Part shown: one piece after another, positions 23,060 through 37,187 of the stretch
Layout of the letters: the number at the start of each line of letters is the position of its first letter
How positions within the stretch are numbered: the first letter of the stretch is position 1
From: Geosiphon pyriformis uo1
Lineage: Eukaryota > Fungi > Glomeromycota
NCBI GenBank assembly: GCA_016748015.1
Contig: JAAOMT010000664.1
Location: 1,673,892-1,737,891, forward strand
DNA length: 64,000 nt
Direction: 5' to 3'
Made by a program: the position numbers and the translations under genes
Notes under the pieces: generated by a model
Databases searched by the model: none
What the model saw: only the letters and a program-made list of their open reading frames with translations
Told to the model about the DNA's origin: nothing

Positions 23060-24369
23060 AATTTGGTAGAACTGATATTATCCAGCACCAGATCAAAATT
23101 GAAGATGCAATATTAATCAAACAACAAACATACTGAGTACCACCAGCCAGCCATAAGATCATCCAACAAAAAATCAATAGAATATTGAACAATGAGTTAA
23201 TTCAATTATCAATAAGTTTATAGTCATTACCAGTAATACTAGTTTGCAAGAAAAATGAGAAAATCCACTTTTGTGTGGATTACAGAAAGCTCAATAGTAT
23301 TATTCGTGAGAACAGCTATTCAACTCCATGAATTCAAGAATTATTTGACACTTTTGGAAGAAAAAAGTGGTTCTCTATTTTAGATTTGAACAGTGGTTAC
23401 TGGCAAATAATTATGAAACCAAAAGACAAAAAAAAAACTGCATTTACCACAAAAGAAGAAAATTTCGAATTTAAAATAATGCCATTTGGCTTAACCAATG
23501 CTCTAGCCACTTTTTAATGGCTGATAGAAATTGTTTACACTGGACTATTATAGAAATCAGTAGTAATTTACTTGGATAACACCAATGTATTCTCAAAAAC
23601 ATTCAATAATTATTTACATTATTTACAACAAGTGTTTGAAAGACTGAAATGAGCAGAGTTAAAGTTAAATGCCATCAAATGCTTCTTTAACAAGACAGAA
23701 TTGAAATTTTTGGAACATATCATAAGCAAAGATGATATCAAAACAGATCCAAACAAGATTGAAATTGTCAAAAACTTTTCAGTACCAACAAATTTAATGG
23801 AATTATAAGCATTCTTGAAATTCACTAGATATTACTGCCACTTTATTCAAAACTTCTCCAAACTGGCTCAACTACTCTACTAGTTTTAAGCCAAAAATGT
23901 AAAATACAAATAGACTGAAAAACAACAAAAAGCTTTTGATATTTTAAGAAGAAAGCTTATTCAAGCCCCAGTACTAATCTATCTAGATCACAGTAAATTA
24001 TTTATTATCACTAATACATTTAGTTAAGTATTAGGAACAGTATTATCTTAGAGAAAACCAGATGGAAGAGAACATCCAGTAGCATATACTAGTCACAGCT
24101 TTAGTCTAATTGAAAAGAACTATAGAACACCAGCACTAGAATACTTAGCTATCTATTGGACAGTTATAAAATGGAAGGAATACTTAAATTAGAAATTCGA
24201 CATATACACTGATCATAAAGGATTGACATCAATTCAGAAGCAAAAATTTGGAGATAATTACTATGTTAGATAGAAAATAGAACTTTCACTATTCAAATAT
24301 ATAGTACATTATAAAAAGGGAAAAAAAAACAGAAATGCCAATAGTTTGTTGTAAATAAAACAAATCTAA
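23060..24369 (+). pseudogene. D RT and RNase H
   Basis: KTAFTTK..MPFGLTNA, YLDN and HPVAYTSHSF motifs; ends RNANSLL*IKQI*. Confidence 0.88.
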
Positions 24370-24399
24370 AAACATTCCAACCCAAAAATATAACAAAAA

Positions 24400-25780
24400 A
24401 TGAATACACAAAAATATCAACAACTTCAATACTATATTAATACCCAACAGTTCAAGAAAAAATTATCTCAAAAAGAACAAAACAACATAAAACAACAATC
24501 CAAATATTTTATCACTCACCAAAATATATTATATCAGAAAAACAGAAAAAATTCAGATTAACTACTCAAAGTAATCATAAAATTAAAAAAAGAAACAATA
24601 CTATATAACATGTACTCAGATCTGACAGCAAAACATTTCCATAAAGAACCAACCATAAAAAAAACCCAAAAAAGATATTATTGGCCATTAATGTATCCAG
24701 ACATCATTTAATATGTTCAAAATTGTAATGCTTGTTAGAGAAGAAAAAAAACAAGACCCAGTTAGCCACTAAGACCAATTAAAGTAGAACAATCATTTGA
24801 CAGAATTGGAATTGACTTAGTCGAACCATTAACAATAATTAGCAGAAACAATTATTATATAACAGTAATTATGGTCTATTTTACAAAATAGGCAGAAACA
24901 AAAGCAATTCAAAAGCAAATGCAAAATTCATAGCCAAATTTATTCATTAAGATCTGATTTGTTGACATGGATGTTTAAAAAAATTGTTATCAAATCAAGG
25001 AATACATTTTGTAAACAGAACATTAGCAAAATTAAGCCAAAGATTTGGAATCAAAAAACCATTATTATTATCATATCATTCACAAATAAACAGTTTAATT
25101 GAAAGGTTTAATAAAACATTGTGTAAAGCAATCACCAAAATCAGTTAAAAAAACCAAGATGAATGAGATTTGTTTATATTATCAGTATTATTTGTTTATT
25201 GAACAATAAAACAAAATATCACACAAGCAATACTATTTAAACTTGTTTATGGTAAAACAGCAACTTTATTAGTTGAGATAGAAGTTAATATGTATCCAAC
25301 TAAACCAATAACAGAAGTCAACTTTCAAAAAACATTGCTAAGAAGAATATATGACTTAATAGAAATATTAGAAAACAAAAGATAAAGAGCAGCTAATAAC
25401 ATTCAAAGATCACAAGAAAAACAAAAAAGATGACATAATAACCAATTACCAGATAAACCAGTTGAATTCAGAATTGAAGACAAAATACTCTTATATTGTA
25501 CTAAAGTGAAAAAACAATAAAGTGAAAAATTTAATCCCAAATAGAATGGACCATTTTACATTGAAAAAATTCTAGAAAATAAAGCTTACAAACTAAGATA
25601 AGACAACAAAATCTTAGCTAAAGCAACACATAGAGATTGACTGAAACTATATTACAATATAATATTATCATCCATCAGTAATATTCTACAACTGAGAGTA
25701 TAATAAATACTAGTTCAACCAGATGAGATTCCACAAAATCTGGAACCAATTATAATCATTGATTTAAACATGTCAAGTTA
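24400..25780 (+). pseudogene. D integrase, separate ORF
   Basis: MNTQKYQQLQYYI.., YYWPLMY, FDRIGIDLV and NGPFYI motifs. Confidence 0.85.
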
Positions 25781-26475
25781 ATCGACCAAAAAAGTATATA
25801 AAGACATAGTATACATAACAAAAACAACAAAAAATAGAAATACCAGATTATATCTATATCTTAGCTTAACAATTATTTTAGGTCTTAAATTAACAACAAG
25901 TAAACATAGAAATTGTCATCAACCACCAAACAATTTATTACTAGAACACCAAACAAGAAAGAAAAGCAAAGAATACATCATATTAGCAATTCCAAAACCA
26001 AACAAAAAACTAGTCAAATAAGATAGTAGAAAAATTAAAAAACACTTTTGGGAAAATACGCATCATGGTTCTAACAAAAAAACTTTCAAAAAAAAATTAG
26101 AAATAGTAGATAGAACAACTTTTAATATTATACTGCTATTATCAGTTGGAACAAAAGTTGAATATTCAGAAGTTATATTGCAATAAAGCCAAAAGAATAT
26201 TTAATCAAGAATTAATACAAAATATTGAAGACATTATTAGAAAAAAAACAAATCTGACACTATACATTAGAACAATCTATCAACTACACATGATATTTTA
26301 AAACTATCCAGAAATATTATTACATCTTAACATAGAGACAATAACTATTAACCAGTGGGGAAAAATAAACAACTCACAAATTAAAGATATAAAAAACAGA
26401 GTTGAACAAACAATATTAGAAAAAAAAATCATAAAACTAATTCAAAATAAAGATTTCGATGGAGCTCAATATTAA
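25770..26475 (+). pseudogene. D ORF3 remnant
   Basis: RTIYQLHMIF*NYPEILLHLNIETITINQWGKI resembles the A ORF3 segment RAALRFYDLFHTCENVLQNPILQPLKIQYIGKL. Confidence 0.65.
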
Positions 26476-26489
26476 AAAAAAGGAGATAA

Positions 26490-27222
26490 TATTACTTATA
26501 GAAAAACATACAAGAAAGTATTAAAAAAAACAGATAAACCAATAAGAAAATAATAGATAACATGTAAATATATTGCTTAAAAAATTATAGCATATTGTTT
26601 GGAAATGTGAGTGATCTTATAGAATCCAAATTATGTATATATAGCAAAAGCATTAGAAACAGAAAAAACAGAATTAATATCAAGATCTCCTTATTCAAAC
26701 ATCTTAGTTAGAATTATCAATATCAATAAAATAATTATTTACCATCTAAATTACTCTCTCCACTATCAACACTTTATATTGATAGTATCTAATACTTGAT
26801 TACACTGAAACAATAACTCTTGATTACAACTATTAATAGAATACTAATTTTTTTTTGTCTTAGCTTATTTTTTTATTTCTTTTTTTTTTATTTTTTATTT
26901 ATTTTTTATTTATTTACTAATTGATTAAAAATTAAATGCATGGAGTTATTAACATCAAAGTGACTGGTAAAAGACCCAAAAATAAGAGTAGAACACTCAA
27001 AAATTGAGGATAGCTTACTAAAAGAATTACTGGCCATTATACTGAAAAAAAAATTTGATAGAATTGTGATTCTGGAAAGTAACAAATAAACAACACTTGA
27101 ATCTTTATCTATTATACAAAAGACTTCAACAAAACCTTTAGATACCAATACCACTTCAACTATTGAGCACCAAGTTATGGATTTGTTATTAGATTTAAGA
27201 CCCCAAACAATCACCTGTAACA
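26490..27222 (+). repeat. D 3' LTR
   Basis: T(G>A)TTAC after the PPT ...TGTAACA; LINE sequence follows directly. Confidence 0.75.
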
Positions 27223-27360
27223 ACATTAAACAAAACAAATCTTATACTATCAAAGTCAGCACCAGAATCTAAAAAAATCTGAACATCTATTGTTTTATTA
27301 TTGTTCAAAAATTTTTAGCAGTTTATTAAAGAATCAAACTTATCTCTGGACTCTATACAT

Positions 27361-28345
27361 TGTTATCAGAGGTTTTTGGTCTCTTCTTAGCTTTTGTATG
27401 TTTGTTGTAATGCTGTTAATTCACAACTATAAGAAGTGTTTGAATCTCTGATAACTGAATTTTATCTTCAAATTATAAGAGATAATTTGAACTGTTGAGC
27501 TTATAAGTGGAATGGCCAATTCCGTGCCAGTTGCTTTGTGTAGTTATGTTGTAGTAAATGTCAACTCTTTCCCAAGAATTGCTCATTTGGAAGCTCACTA
27601 AAAAATGTGTAGTTACTTTGCTGTGAAAGTCAACTTTTCTATAGGAATCTCATCTGTAGGCTACTCTAATGATTATAATAAGAAAATAAAAAAAAGAAAA
27701 TAAAAGAAATATAAAAGAAATAGAATTCTGTCAAGGGAAACATTTTCTATCCAGGCCTGGAGTTATTAACAGTTTTACTGAAATTGGTAGCTAATCAATT
27801 TCAAAATGTTAATTGGATTTTGGGGATTTTCCAAGTGCAATAATTAAAGAATTTGGTTTTTTGAATTATTTGATATTTATTTCTTTTTGTGTGTGTAAAA
27901 ATGATTCTAAGTAATAAATCTAAAGTAAGATATATTTTCTCAAAGAAAGAAGCTCTTCTTTTATATAACTTGTTATAACACTATTTCATGAACTTAAACT
28001 TTGCTCTTTTCTATAATTTCACTGAACTAAAGATACATTTCGGCAAACTACAAGTTATTTCTGCGAACTATTAGATATTTCAGTGAACTATCAATTATTT
28101 CGGCAAATTTCTACAAATTTCAGCAAACTTTTGAATGTTACATATTTCAGGGTATTGAATGATTGATCATCGTACTTAGGTTATATTTGTGTTATGTACA
28201 AATTGGGTTATTAATTAAATGATAATTTCGGACATTTTGTTAATATAATAAGTGATAATTTGAAATGATAATATATGCTAATTAATGATAAAATTTATAA
28301 GGGTAATTTTATGCTAAACAATATCTCTAATTTCATCTGGTAACA
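27361..28345 (-). repeat. A2 3' LTR
   Basis: TGTTATCAGA...TCTGGTAACA. Confidence 0.93.
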
Positions 28346-28379
28346 TAACCTCCTCCTCAAGACTGAGCTCCGTTAAAGT

Positions 28380-29033
28380 TCAAGTACTGTCTGTAATTTC
28401 CAGATAATAATCCAAAATTATTGAAGAAATTTGGTCTGAAAATTGTTGAAATTTCAGTTCTGTGAGCTTTTCAATGTATTGAATCTTTAAAGACTGTAAA
28501 ATTGGGTTTTGTAGGACGTTTTCACAGGTGTGCAATAGATTATAAAGTCTAAGAGCAGCTCTTAGTTTATAATGACTGTTTGTAGGTCCAGCTGTTGTCT
28601 TGAATTTATTGTGGAGTTGTTTCCGAATAGCTTTTTTTGTGAAGTTTGCTGCTGTAAGCTTCCGTTTTTGTTTGTGAAATGTTTTTCCAATGTAAAAATA
28701 TCTATATATTAGAGTATAGTCGTAGTTTTCTTCATTAAGACACAATTGAAGTTTTTGTTGAATAGTAGTATTTGGTGAAATACTAATAGGAGTGAGCATT
28801 AAGTTTTTTCTTAAAGCAAGCTTTAAAAGTTTTGGCAGGTGAATTTCAGAATAACTTCTTGTATTCTTCTTATATGGGTGATATTTTCGTGAATTTGGGG
28901 CTAAATTTGTAACTACTTCTGTTTGGGTATAATTAATGTGGTTTCCAGTAATAGTAATGGATAATTTGAGTATTGTTTTTAAAGTTAACATTAGTTTTTA
29001 GGATAATTGTTGAATGTTTTGAGGAATAGTTAT
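28380..29033 (-). pseudogene. A2 ORF3
   Basis: 203-aa ORF 28380..28991 plus a decayed N-terminus (ATG>ATA); the same 654-bp span as in A1. Confidence 0.8.
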
Positions 29034-29154
29034 TATAAGAGATTTGAAAATAAAAGAAAATTATTTTTGGTGTATGGATTTTTATGTTATTTTTGCTTTG
29101 TTTTTGTGAGATTGTTTCTAAATTATAAGAGATAACTATAATAATAAATTTAAG

Positions 29155-30540
29155 TTAAGTGTTCAAGTTGGGAGGTTGTTCAATGACAACTATTGGTTCT
29201 AAGTTTCGGGGAATATCTTTGGGACTGACCAAAGGGGAATGTGTACCAATTTGTGGAATTAATGGTTCAAGATTGTTTCTGGAATAATAGTGTTTCAAAT
29301 GATCTCCATGTGCAATTTTTGCTAGGATTTTGTCATCAAGTCTTAGCTTGTATGATCCATTGCCTAGGACTTCATGGATAAAGAATAGTCCATCCCATTT
29401 ATTTTCAAATTTTCCACTCCATTGTTTTTCAGCTTTAGTTTTGTGTAAAAGAACTTTGTTTCCAATTTTAAATTCATTGGTGACTGAAGGCAATTTGTTA
29501 TCATGCTGTTCTTTTTGTTAAGCTTGGGAGTATTCAATATGGGTGGCTGCTATTCATCATTTTTCTTCCAATGTGCTAAGCAGAGTATAGGCTCTTCGCT
29601 GAAGCATTTCTTGGAAATTGTTTTTATCAATCGGTTGTGCTGGGTATGTTTCCACTGTGAAACTAATTGGTAATGTTGCCATCCTTCCATAATTTAAATC
29701 AAATGTTGTGTGTTTTGTGGTATCTTGTTTTAATGTCCTATATGCTAGTAACACTAATAGAATAAAGAGATCCCATTCTTGTTCAAAATCGGTTGAGACT
29801 TTGGCTAATGACTCACACAATGTTCTGTTAAAACGTTCCACAAGTCTGTTTGTTTGTGGATGGTAGGGTGAAGACAGAGGTCTTTTGACATTGAATCATT
29901 CACAAATTTCTTGTATTAGGTTGTTCACAAAGTGTGTTTCCTGATCGAATAAAAGTTCAATTGGACATCTATGTCTACAAATGATGTCTTTGTAGATGAA
30001 ATTTGCTATTGATTTCGCATCTGCTCATTGAATGGCTCTGGCTTTGGGCCATTTGATGAGATAGTCTACAGCTACTACAATATAACGGTTTCCTTGGTTT
30101 GTGATAGGTAGTGGTTCGACTAAATTGATACCAACTCGGTCAAAAGACTGTCCAACTTTGATTGGGTTTAAAGATTCTGTAGGGCAAATTTCTCCTCTTT
30201 TTTGACAACTATCACAAGACTTAATGTATTCATAAATGTCTTTTTTTATTCGAGGCCAAAAGTAATATTCTAGTGTTCTCTGGGTGGTGCTGTCTTTTCC
30301 TAGGTGTGCTGATAAAGAGTCTGAGTGCATGTTATATAAAATGGTTTTTTTTTTATGTTCTTGTATTAATCTGAGTGAATTGTCTGGGTTTCTGAAGTTT
30401 TGATAATAAATTATGTTGTTGTGTAAGAGGTATTGTTTGGCTTGTTGTTGTAATTGGTGTTTTTCATCTGTAAACCAATCTGTTGAGATTGTTAATGTCT
30501 CCAAATATTGTTTAAGATTATTGTAGTTTTTGGGGTTCAT
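29155..30540 (-). pseudogene. A2 integrase, separate ORF
   Basis: H2C2, FDRVGINLV, ERFNRTL and KWDG motifs. Confidence 0.92.
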
Positions 30541-30586
30541 TGTTTGTTGTCTTGTTGTTAATTCAAATGGGTGTTGGTTTTATGTT

Positions 30587-33500
30587 CTAATCTTGCCTCA
30601 TTCTTGAGAGACAATCAATATTGGTGTGGAGTTTTCCTGGTTTGTAATGTATAATGTATCAGTAGTTAGCTAAAAATCCTGTCCATCAGGTTTGTTTGGC
30701 ATTTAGCTGAGTGTTTTTGTTTTGAAGCCATTTGAGTCCAATATTATCAGTAATAATGTTGAATTTTTTAGGCCTGAGATAAAGATTGAAATGGTGTAGG
30801 GCCCAAATTACGGCTGCCATTTCTAGTTCTGTGGCAGGGTAGTTTTTTTCGGCTGGTTTTAATGTTCTGCTAGTATAAGCAATTATTCACTCATTTTTAT
30901 TGTTATTTAATTGTGATAAGATGGCACCAAAAGCAGTATAAGAAGTGTCTGTAGCTAGTCGAAATTGGTTACTGAAGTCTGGATAGGCAAGAATTGAAGT
31001 TGTTGTCAGCTTTTTCTTGAGAATTTCAAAAGCTTTTTGGTGTTCTTCTGTCCATTTGTATTCGATGTTTTTAATAGTGAGTTGGTTGAGGGGTTTTGTG
31101 ATTTCTGAAAATTCTTTGATGAATTTTTGGTAATAGGATGCTAATCAAATAAATCCTCTTAATTCTGTGGTATTTTGTGGAGTCTTGAAGTTTTTGACAG
31201 TGCTGATTTTTCCAGGGTCTGGTTTAATTCTATCTTTGTTAACAATGTGACCAAAAAAGGCCAAACTCGTTTTTCTAAAGTAGCATTTTTTGATGTTCAG
31301 TTTCAATCCTGCTTTCTGTAATCATTGAAAAACTTCTTGCAGGTGTTTTAAAAGATGGTGAATAAACATCAGTATCATCGAGATAAACAACTACTGATTT
31401 CCAAAGAAGACCTTTGTAAACAACATTCATGAGTCTTTAGAATGTTGCTGGTGTATTGCATAATCTGAAAGGCATTACATTGAACTCGTAATTTCTTTCT
31501 TGAGTGGTGAATACTGTTTTGGGGTGATTTTTGGGATCCATGGCAACTTGCCAGTATCCATTCTCTAAATCTAATGTTGAAAAGTATTTGGGTTTTCCAA
31601 GGGCATCCAACATATCATCAATTCAGGGAAAGAGGTAGGCATCTCTAATGGTGACACTGTTGAGTTGTCGATAATCAACACAAAATCATATCTTTCCATT
31701 TTTTTTTAACTAAAACCACAGGTGAGGCCCATGGACTTATTAATAGTTAAATAAGCCCATTGTTGAGCATCCGTTGTACTTCTTTGCGGATAAATTGGTG
31801 ACTTTTTGGAGCAACTCGGTAGGCTTGCTGTTATCTTGGTTTGGCATCTCCTGTATAGATTTGGTGTTGAACCAAATTAGTTTTTTCTAAGTCATTGTTG
31901 TTTTCAGCAAAGATATCAGCAAATTCTACAATTAGCTCTTTGAGCTGGCTCTGTTGTTGTGGTTCAAGTTGTCCCATGTTGATTCGAGATAGTTTTTCTA
32001 TGACAACATAGTAGTTTTCAGAGTTGGGATTTGGGTTGATTTTTAGTAGTGAATGTCCAATAATTTCAAAGAAATCAGGGACTGTTTGGGGTAATTTTTG
32101 TTGAAAGATATTATTGTAAATAACTTCAATTTCTAAGTTATTTAATAAAACTATAGGGTAATTATTGGGGTTGTAAAAAGTAACTCAGACTTTCTTTGTT
32201 CCTTCTGGGATGTAAATATTTGGGATCGAGATATTATGTTCCAAGTAGATTTATTCATTGGACTCAAAAATTTGTTGTGTGGTTGTTGGCTTTTCACAAG
32301 TGTAAATTTCAGGGTGTTCTTCAAAGGGTGAAATAGTAATTGGTTGTGGAAGTCGTAGAATCTGGTGAGATTCACTTTGTTCATTAAGAGCTATGTTTAC
32401 TGGAACTGTGAATCGTCTAGTTAAACCAAAACCATTGGTTTCTCTTTCACTTTTTCCCAATTGTTCTCTTTGACTGACTAATTGTAAACTCGAAATGTTG
32501 ATTAAGGGTAAATAAATAGCTTGAGCAATTTTTTCAGCATGTTCAATCTGAAAAGATTTATCAGTTTTATTTTGTAACATGATTGTAATATCCAGCATCT
32601 ATGATTTCTCTTCTAACATTAATTCTTTTGCTTGCCAATGATGATCATGAAGCAATTTGGACCATTGCTCCTGGTGGGATTTCAAAAGCAATTTTGAGGT
32701 TGATTTTGGTAAGAGAATTTGGTTGAAGAACCAAAGTGTCTTTTCCTGAATATTGTAGATTGTATCCAGCATCAATTTCATGTGCTTTTTCCGGTTTTAT
32801 TCCTTGTCCATTGTTGTTGAAGTATTTGAGTTGTGAAGCAAACTGATTTTTGATGAAGTAGATAGGTGTTGTTTCAATTTCTTTTGTTGCTTCAAGTTCT
32901 CCAAATTCAATTTTGTATTCATTGCTTTTGCTGGGCAATAGAATGCTAAGAGTGTAGTATTCAAGACACTATTGTTTGTCACATGGCATTATACACTCCT
33001 CACATAATTTAATGTTCATTTGCTCTAATTGTTGAATTTGAGCTTCTTGGGTCAGGTAGGTATGACTTGTGATTTGGTAGTATACTTCTACTTCATTTTC
33101 ATAATTGAATTCAGCTAATTCCAATGTATATTCAATATATTTAGCTTCCTTCATTTGAAGGACATCTTCTTTGGTTCCTCCGTTAATTAAAACCATAGCA
33201 AGTTCATAGATCATTTCGGCATCATAGGGGTAGTGATAGAGTTTGTTGAGAGCACTGTTGTATGTGGTATTGAAAGATGTTCCACATTTTACTTTTTCCA
33301 CAATAGAAAGAGCATATTGACAAGTTTGATCACAGACTCTTTCTCTAAATGCAACATCAATTCAGTCACATTTATCAGGAAGCTGCTTTCTACAAATAAG
33401 ACAGAGTGTTCCATCCCATTTTTCGCTTCTTTTGATCAAGTGGCCCCATTATTCTCAATAACAGGCCTTGCAATAGTAGCAGGTATGACTTTCATATTTT

Positions 33501-36151
33501 TCCTCAGGTGAAATACAAGCTCCCATTGACAATAGTTTCTTGTGGCAGTCCTTACATTTAAGGGGAATGTAGGGACATTGTTTTCTTGGCTCAGTCTTTG
33601 AGTAAAGAGTATTTCATTCAGAGGTTTCAGGTTCAGAGTGTGGGGTAAAATGTTCTTGTTCAGTTTCATTGGCCCAATTGGACATTGACCCAAGAGCCAT
33701 AAATGTTTTGATTATTGGTTTTTCTTCTTCTGGTTCAAATTCAAAAGCTGGGGCTTTTTTGGAGCATTTGTTGAATGTACCACAAGTGGCAGATACTCGG
33801 GCATGTTGTCCTTGATAAGAGATTTGTAGTTTTTGGGTTTTCCAGTCTAATTTCACATTGGCTTTTTGAAGCCAGTCATTTCCGACAAGGGCTTGATACT
33901 GAGGAGCATTCATTACAAAAACTTTGACTGGAATGGTGATTCCATCAAGAGTGAACAGAAAATTGTCAATTTCTCCCACTGGAGTCTTTTTCATGCCATT
34001 GGCAATGACAATTACTGTTTGAGCTGGTTGGTCAACATTTCTTTTTAACTGTTGCATCAACTAGTAAGTAATAATACTTTTGGCAGATTCACTGTTTAGA
34101 ATTAAGCAAATTGTCTTTCCTTCAACTTCAGCTTTAGTATACATAGCTGTAATTGCTTTCTGTTTATTTGCAGCAGCATTGCTGAGTAAAAATGGTGATT
34201 CATTGGCTTCGAACTCAAAAGAAAAGATATTAGAGAGATTGGCATTTTTAGCAATTCTGGTTGGTAGAATAGTGGTGTGGTTATGAGAAGGATTTTGTTG
34301 TTGTGCTGCAGCTCTATCTTCTGAGAGTGCAGTATGATGAAAATCCTGTTCTTCTGGCATTGTTAAATAACTGAGTTGAGTGTGATAGTGGTTGGGTCTT
34401 GGTTTAGTGAAATTTCGGGGAACCAATTGGTTGTTTGAACTGATTCTATTGTTATTTACTTGGTATTGGTTTTGTGGTGTGAATTGATTTTGTGTAATCA
34501 ATCTTCGAGCAGATACTTGATAATGTTGTGTGGGTGGTTGTTGGTATTGCTGTTGGATTGGCTGTGGGGCAGGCTGATAATAGTTATTTTGGTATTGGGG
34601 TCTTAGTGGATAATAAGCTGGTAATGGTGGTTGATAATAAGATTGCTGTGATGGAGGATAACGTTGATTACTCCTATTTTGTTGGTTTTGTTGTAGCTTT
34701 CTGCAATCTTTTTTTCAGTGGCCAGGGATTCCACAGTAATGGCAATTTTGGATTTGGTTGTTGGATGGTGGTCTGAAGTTGTTTTAATTGCGTCATTGTG
34801 AGAGTTAGTATCTTTGTGGTTGTTGTGATTGCTGCGGCTGCTGTTGTTGCTGTTGGTTGGTAAAGTAGTTTTCAACTTTCTTGGTTAATTGGTCAATCTT
34901 TTTTTCAGCTGCTGAGCTGGTTTCTCCAATAGCCAGGTTAACAAGTTTGGTACGGTTGGCTTCTTCTATGGCCATTTCATAGTTTTTTGCCTGTTGAATA
35001 GCAGTGGCTAAATCTTTTGGTGCATGTGAGCAAACTTTTTTGATAAGTTTGTCTTTTAGTTCAGCAATGAATTGATTCAAGATTTGTGCATTGAAGTAGT
35101 ATTTATTTGTTTCCAATTGGCAAATCTTTCTAAGCAGTTTGTTGAATTTCTCAAGATAGGTCATAACTGATTCACTTGGTTCTTGCTTGATATTTCAGAA
35201 CTGATTTCGAAGGGTAATAAAAGTGTTATTGTCAGTGAACTGTTCTAGAAAAGCAGTTTTGAATGCTTTCCAGTCTTCTGGTGGGACTTCCAAGTTTTCA
35301 AATTATTCACTGGCTGTTCCTTGTAAGAAGTATGGAATTGCTTTTAACATTCTGGCAGCATTCCAACCATTTGCATCTTCTGCTTTTGAGATTTTGTTAA
35401 ACCATTCTTGAGGACTGGTTTCACTGTCTTCTTCTGTGAACTCAGAGATTTTTGCAATATATGTGAAGGCCATTTCTTTTTCATTTTCTGAGTCTTCTGT
35501 TTTTTGTTCTGATTCAGTCTTTTTACTTTGATTTTCTGCTAAGTAGTCAATAAGGTTTGTGCTGGTTAATATTGGTTTCTGTTGTTGAATAGGGCTTTTG
35601 GGTGACTGAAAATCTTTTATTCTTGAAAACCGAATAAGTGGTGAGCTTGGTGTTTGTGGTTGAACAAGTAAAGCTAGAAATAGTGTGATTGAGAGTGGTA
35701 ATTTAAAGCTGGTTCCTGGTTCTGGAGTTTGTAAATGTTTGGCAGTGGTTTTAGGTATATTGGGAGTAGTTCTGAGTTTTTGTTTCCTTTTTCCTTTTTC
35801 TTTTTCTGTTTCCGATTCAAAACTAAGAGAAAATTTCTGTTCTACTGAATAATTCTCTTCACAATACTGAATGATATTGAAGTTGAGTTCTTGGAAATAT
35901 GTTTCAAGTGTTTGACTGTTAAAATCCTGAGTGTTTAGACGAGAGTGATGTACTAAGCTTTCATATAAGTTGTGTCTAACTTCTGAAATGTTGTAGTCTC
36001 CAAGAAGATAATTGTTGATGCAATTTTCAATGTACTGGTAAAGTGTTTTCTTGAATGTTTTAATTCTGTCTGGAATGTCAAATCTCTGCTTGCAGTTGGT
36101 GTAGATTGACTAATAATACTCTAGAGTTCTTGAATCTGTTTGAGTTGCCAC
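30587..36151 (-). pseudogene. A2 gag-PR-Cys-rich-dUTPase-RT-RH polyprotein, disrupted
   Basis: ORF fragments with capsid, protease (LILNSES), AGYNL/KIAQAIY dUTPase, YLDD at ~31375 and RNase H. Confidence 0.92.
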
Positions 36152-36197
36152 TTTTGAAGTTGTTGTTACTGTGTTATTTTCATGGGAGAGCACCAAA

Positions 36198-37187
36198 TAT
36201 TACCAGAGGTTTTTGGTCTCTTCTTAGCTTTTGTATGTTTGTTGTAATGCTGTTAATTCATGACTATGGAAAGTGTTTGAACCTCCGATAACTGAATTTT
36301 ATCTTCAAATTATAGGAGATAATTTGAACTGCTGGGCTTATAAGTGAAATGGCCAATTCTATGCCAGTTGCTTCATGTAGTTATGTTGTAGTAAATGTCA
36401 ACTCTTTCCCAGGAATTGCTCATCTGGAAGCTCACTAAAAAATGTGTAGTTACTTTGCTGTGAAAGTCAACTCTTCTACAGGAATCTCATCTGTAGGCTA
36501 TCCTAATGATTATAATAAGAAAATAAATAAAATAAAATAAAATAAAAAAAATGTAAAAGAAATAGAATTCTGTCAAGGGAAACGTTTTCTATCCAGGCCT
36601 GGAGTTACTAACAGTTTTACTGAAATTGGTAGCTAATCAATTTCAAAACGTTAATTGGGTTTTGGGGATTTTCCAAGTGCAATAATTAAAAAATTTGGTT
36701 TTTCAAATTATTTGATATTTATTTCTTTTTGTGTGTGTAGAAATGGTTCTAAGTAATAAATCTAAAGTAAGATATATTTTTTCGAAGAGAGAAGCTCTTC
36801 TTTTATATAACTTGTTGTAATACTATTCCATGAACTTGAACTTTGCTCTTTTCTACAATTTCACTGAACTAAAGATACATTTTGGTGAATTACAAGTTAT
36901 TTCTGCGAACTATTAGATATTTCAGTAAACTATCAATTATTTTGGCAAATTTCTACAAATTTTGGCAAACTTTTGAATGTTACATATTTTGGGGTATTGC
37001 ATGATTGATCATCACACTTAGGTTATATTTGTGTTATGTATAAATTAGATTATTAATTAAATGATAATTTCGGACATTTTGCTAATATAATAAGTGATAA
37101 TTTGAAATGATAATATATGGTAATTAATGATAAGATTTATAAGGGTAATTTTATGCTAAACAATATCTCTAATTTCGTCTGGTAACA
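36198..37187 (-). repeat. A2 5' LTR
   Basis: Matches 27361-28345; PBS adjacent. Confidence 0.93.

Larger units (their letters stand above)
20985..27222 (+). mobile_element. D: heavily degenerate Ty3/gypsy element, 3' part (Cys-rich, dUTPase, RT, RH, IN, ORF3, 3' LTR)
   Basis: FCVDYRKLN, LDLNSGYWQI, VIYLDN and ERFNKTL motifs; pre-PPT motif and LTR 26490-27222. The 5' end lies left of the window. Confidence 0.9.
27361..37187 (-). mobile_element. A2: full-length degenerate family-A Ty3/gypsy element (9.8 kb)
   Basis: LTRs 27361-28345 and 36198-37187, TSD ACAT, PBS, PPT GAGGAGGAGGTTA. Confidence 0.95.

Noticed and set aside
26906-27238. 110-aa minus-strand ORF
   Set aside because: It spans the D LTR/LINE junction antisense to D and has no recognisable motif.
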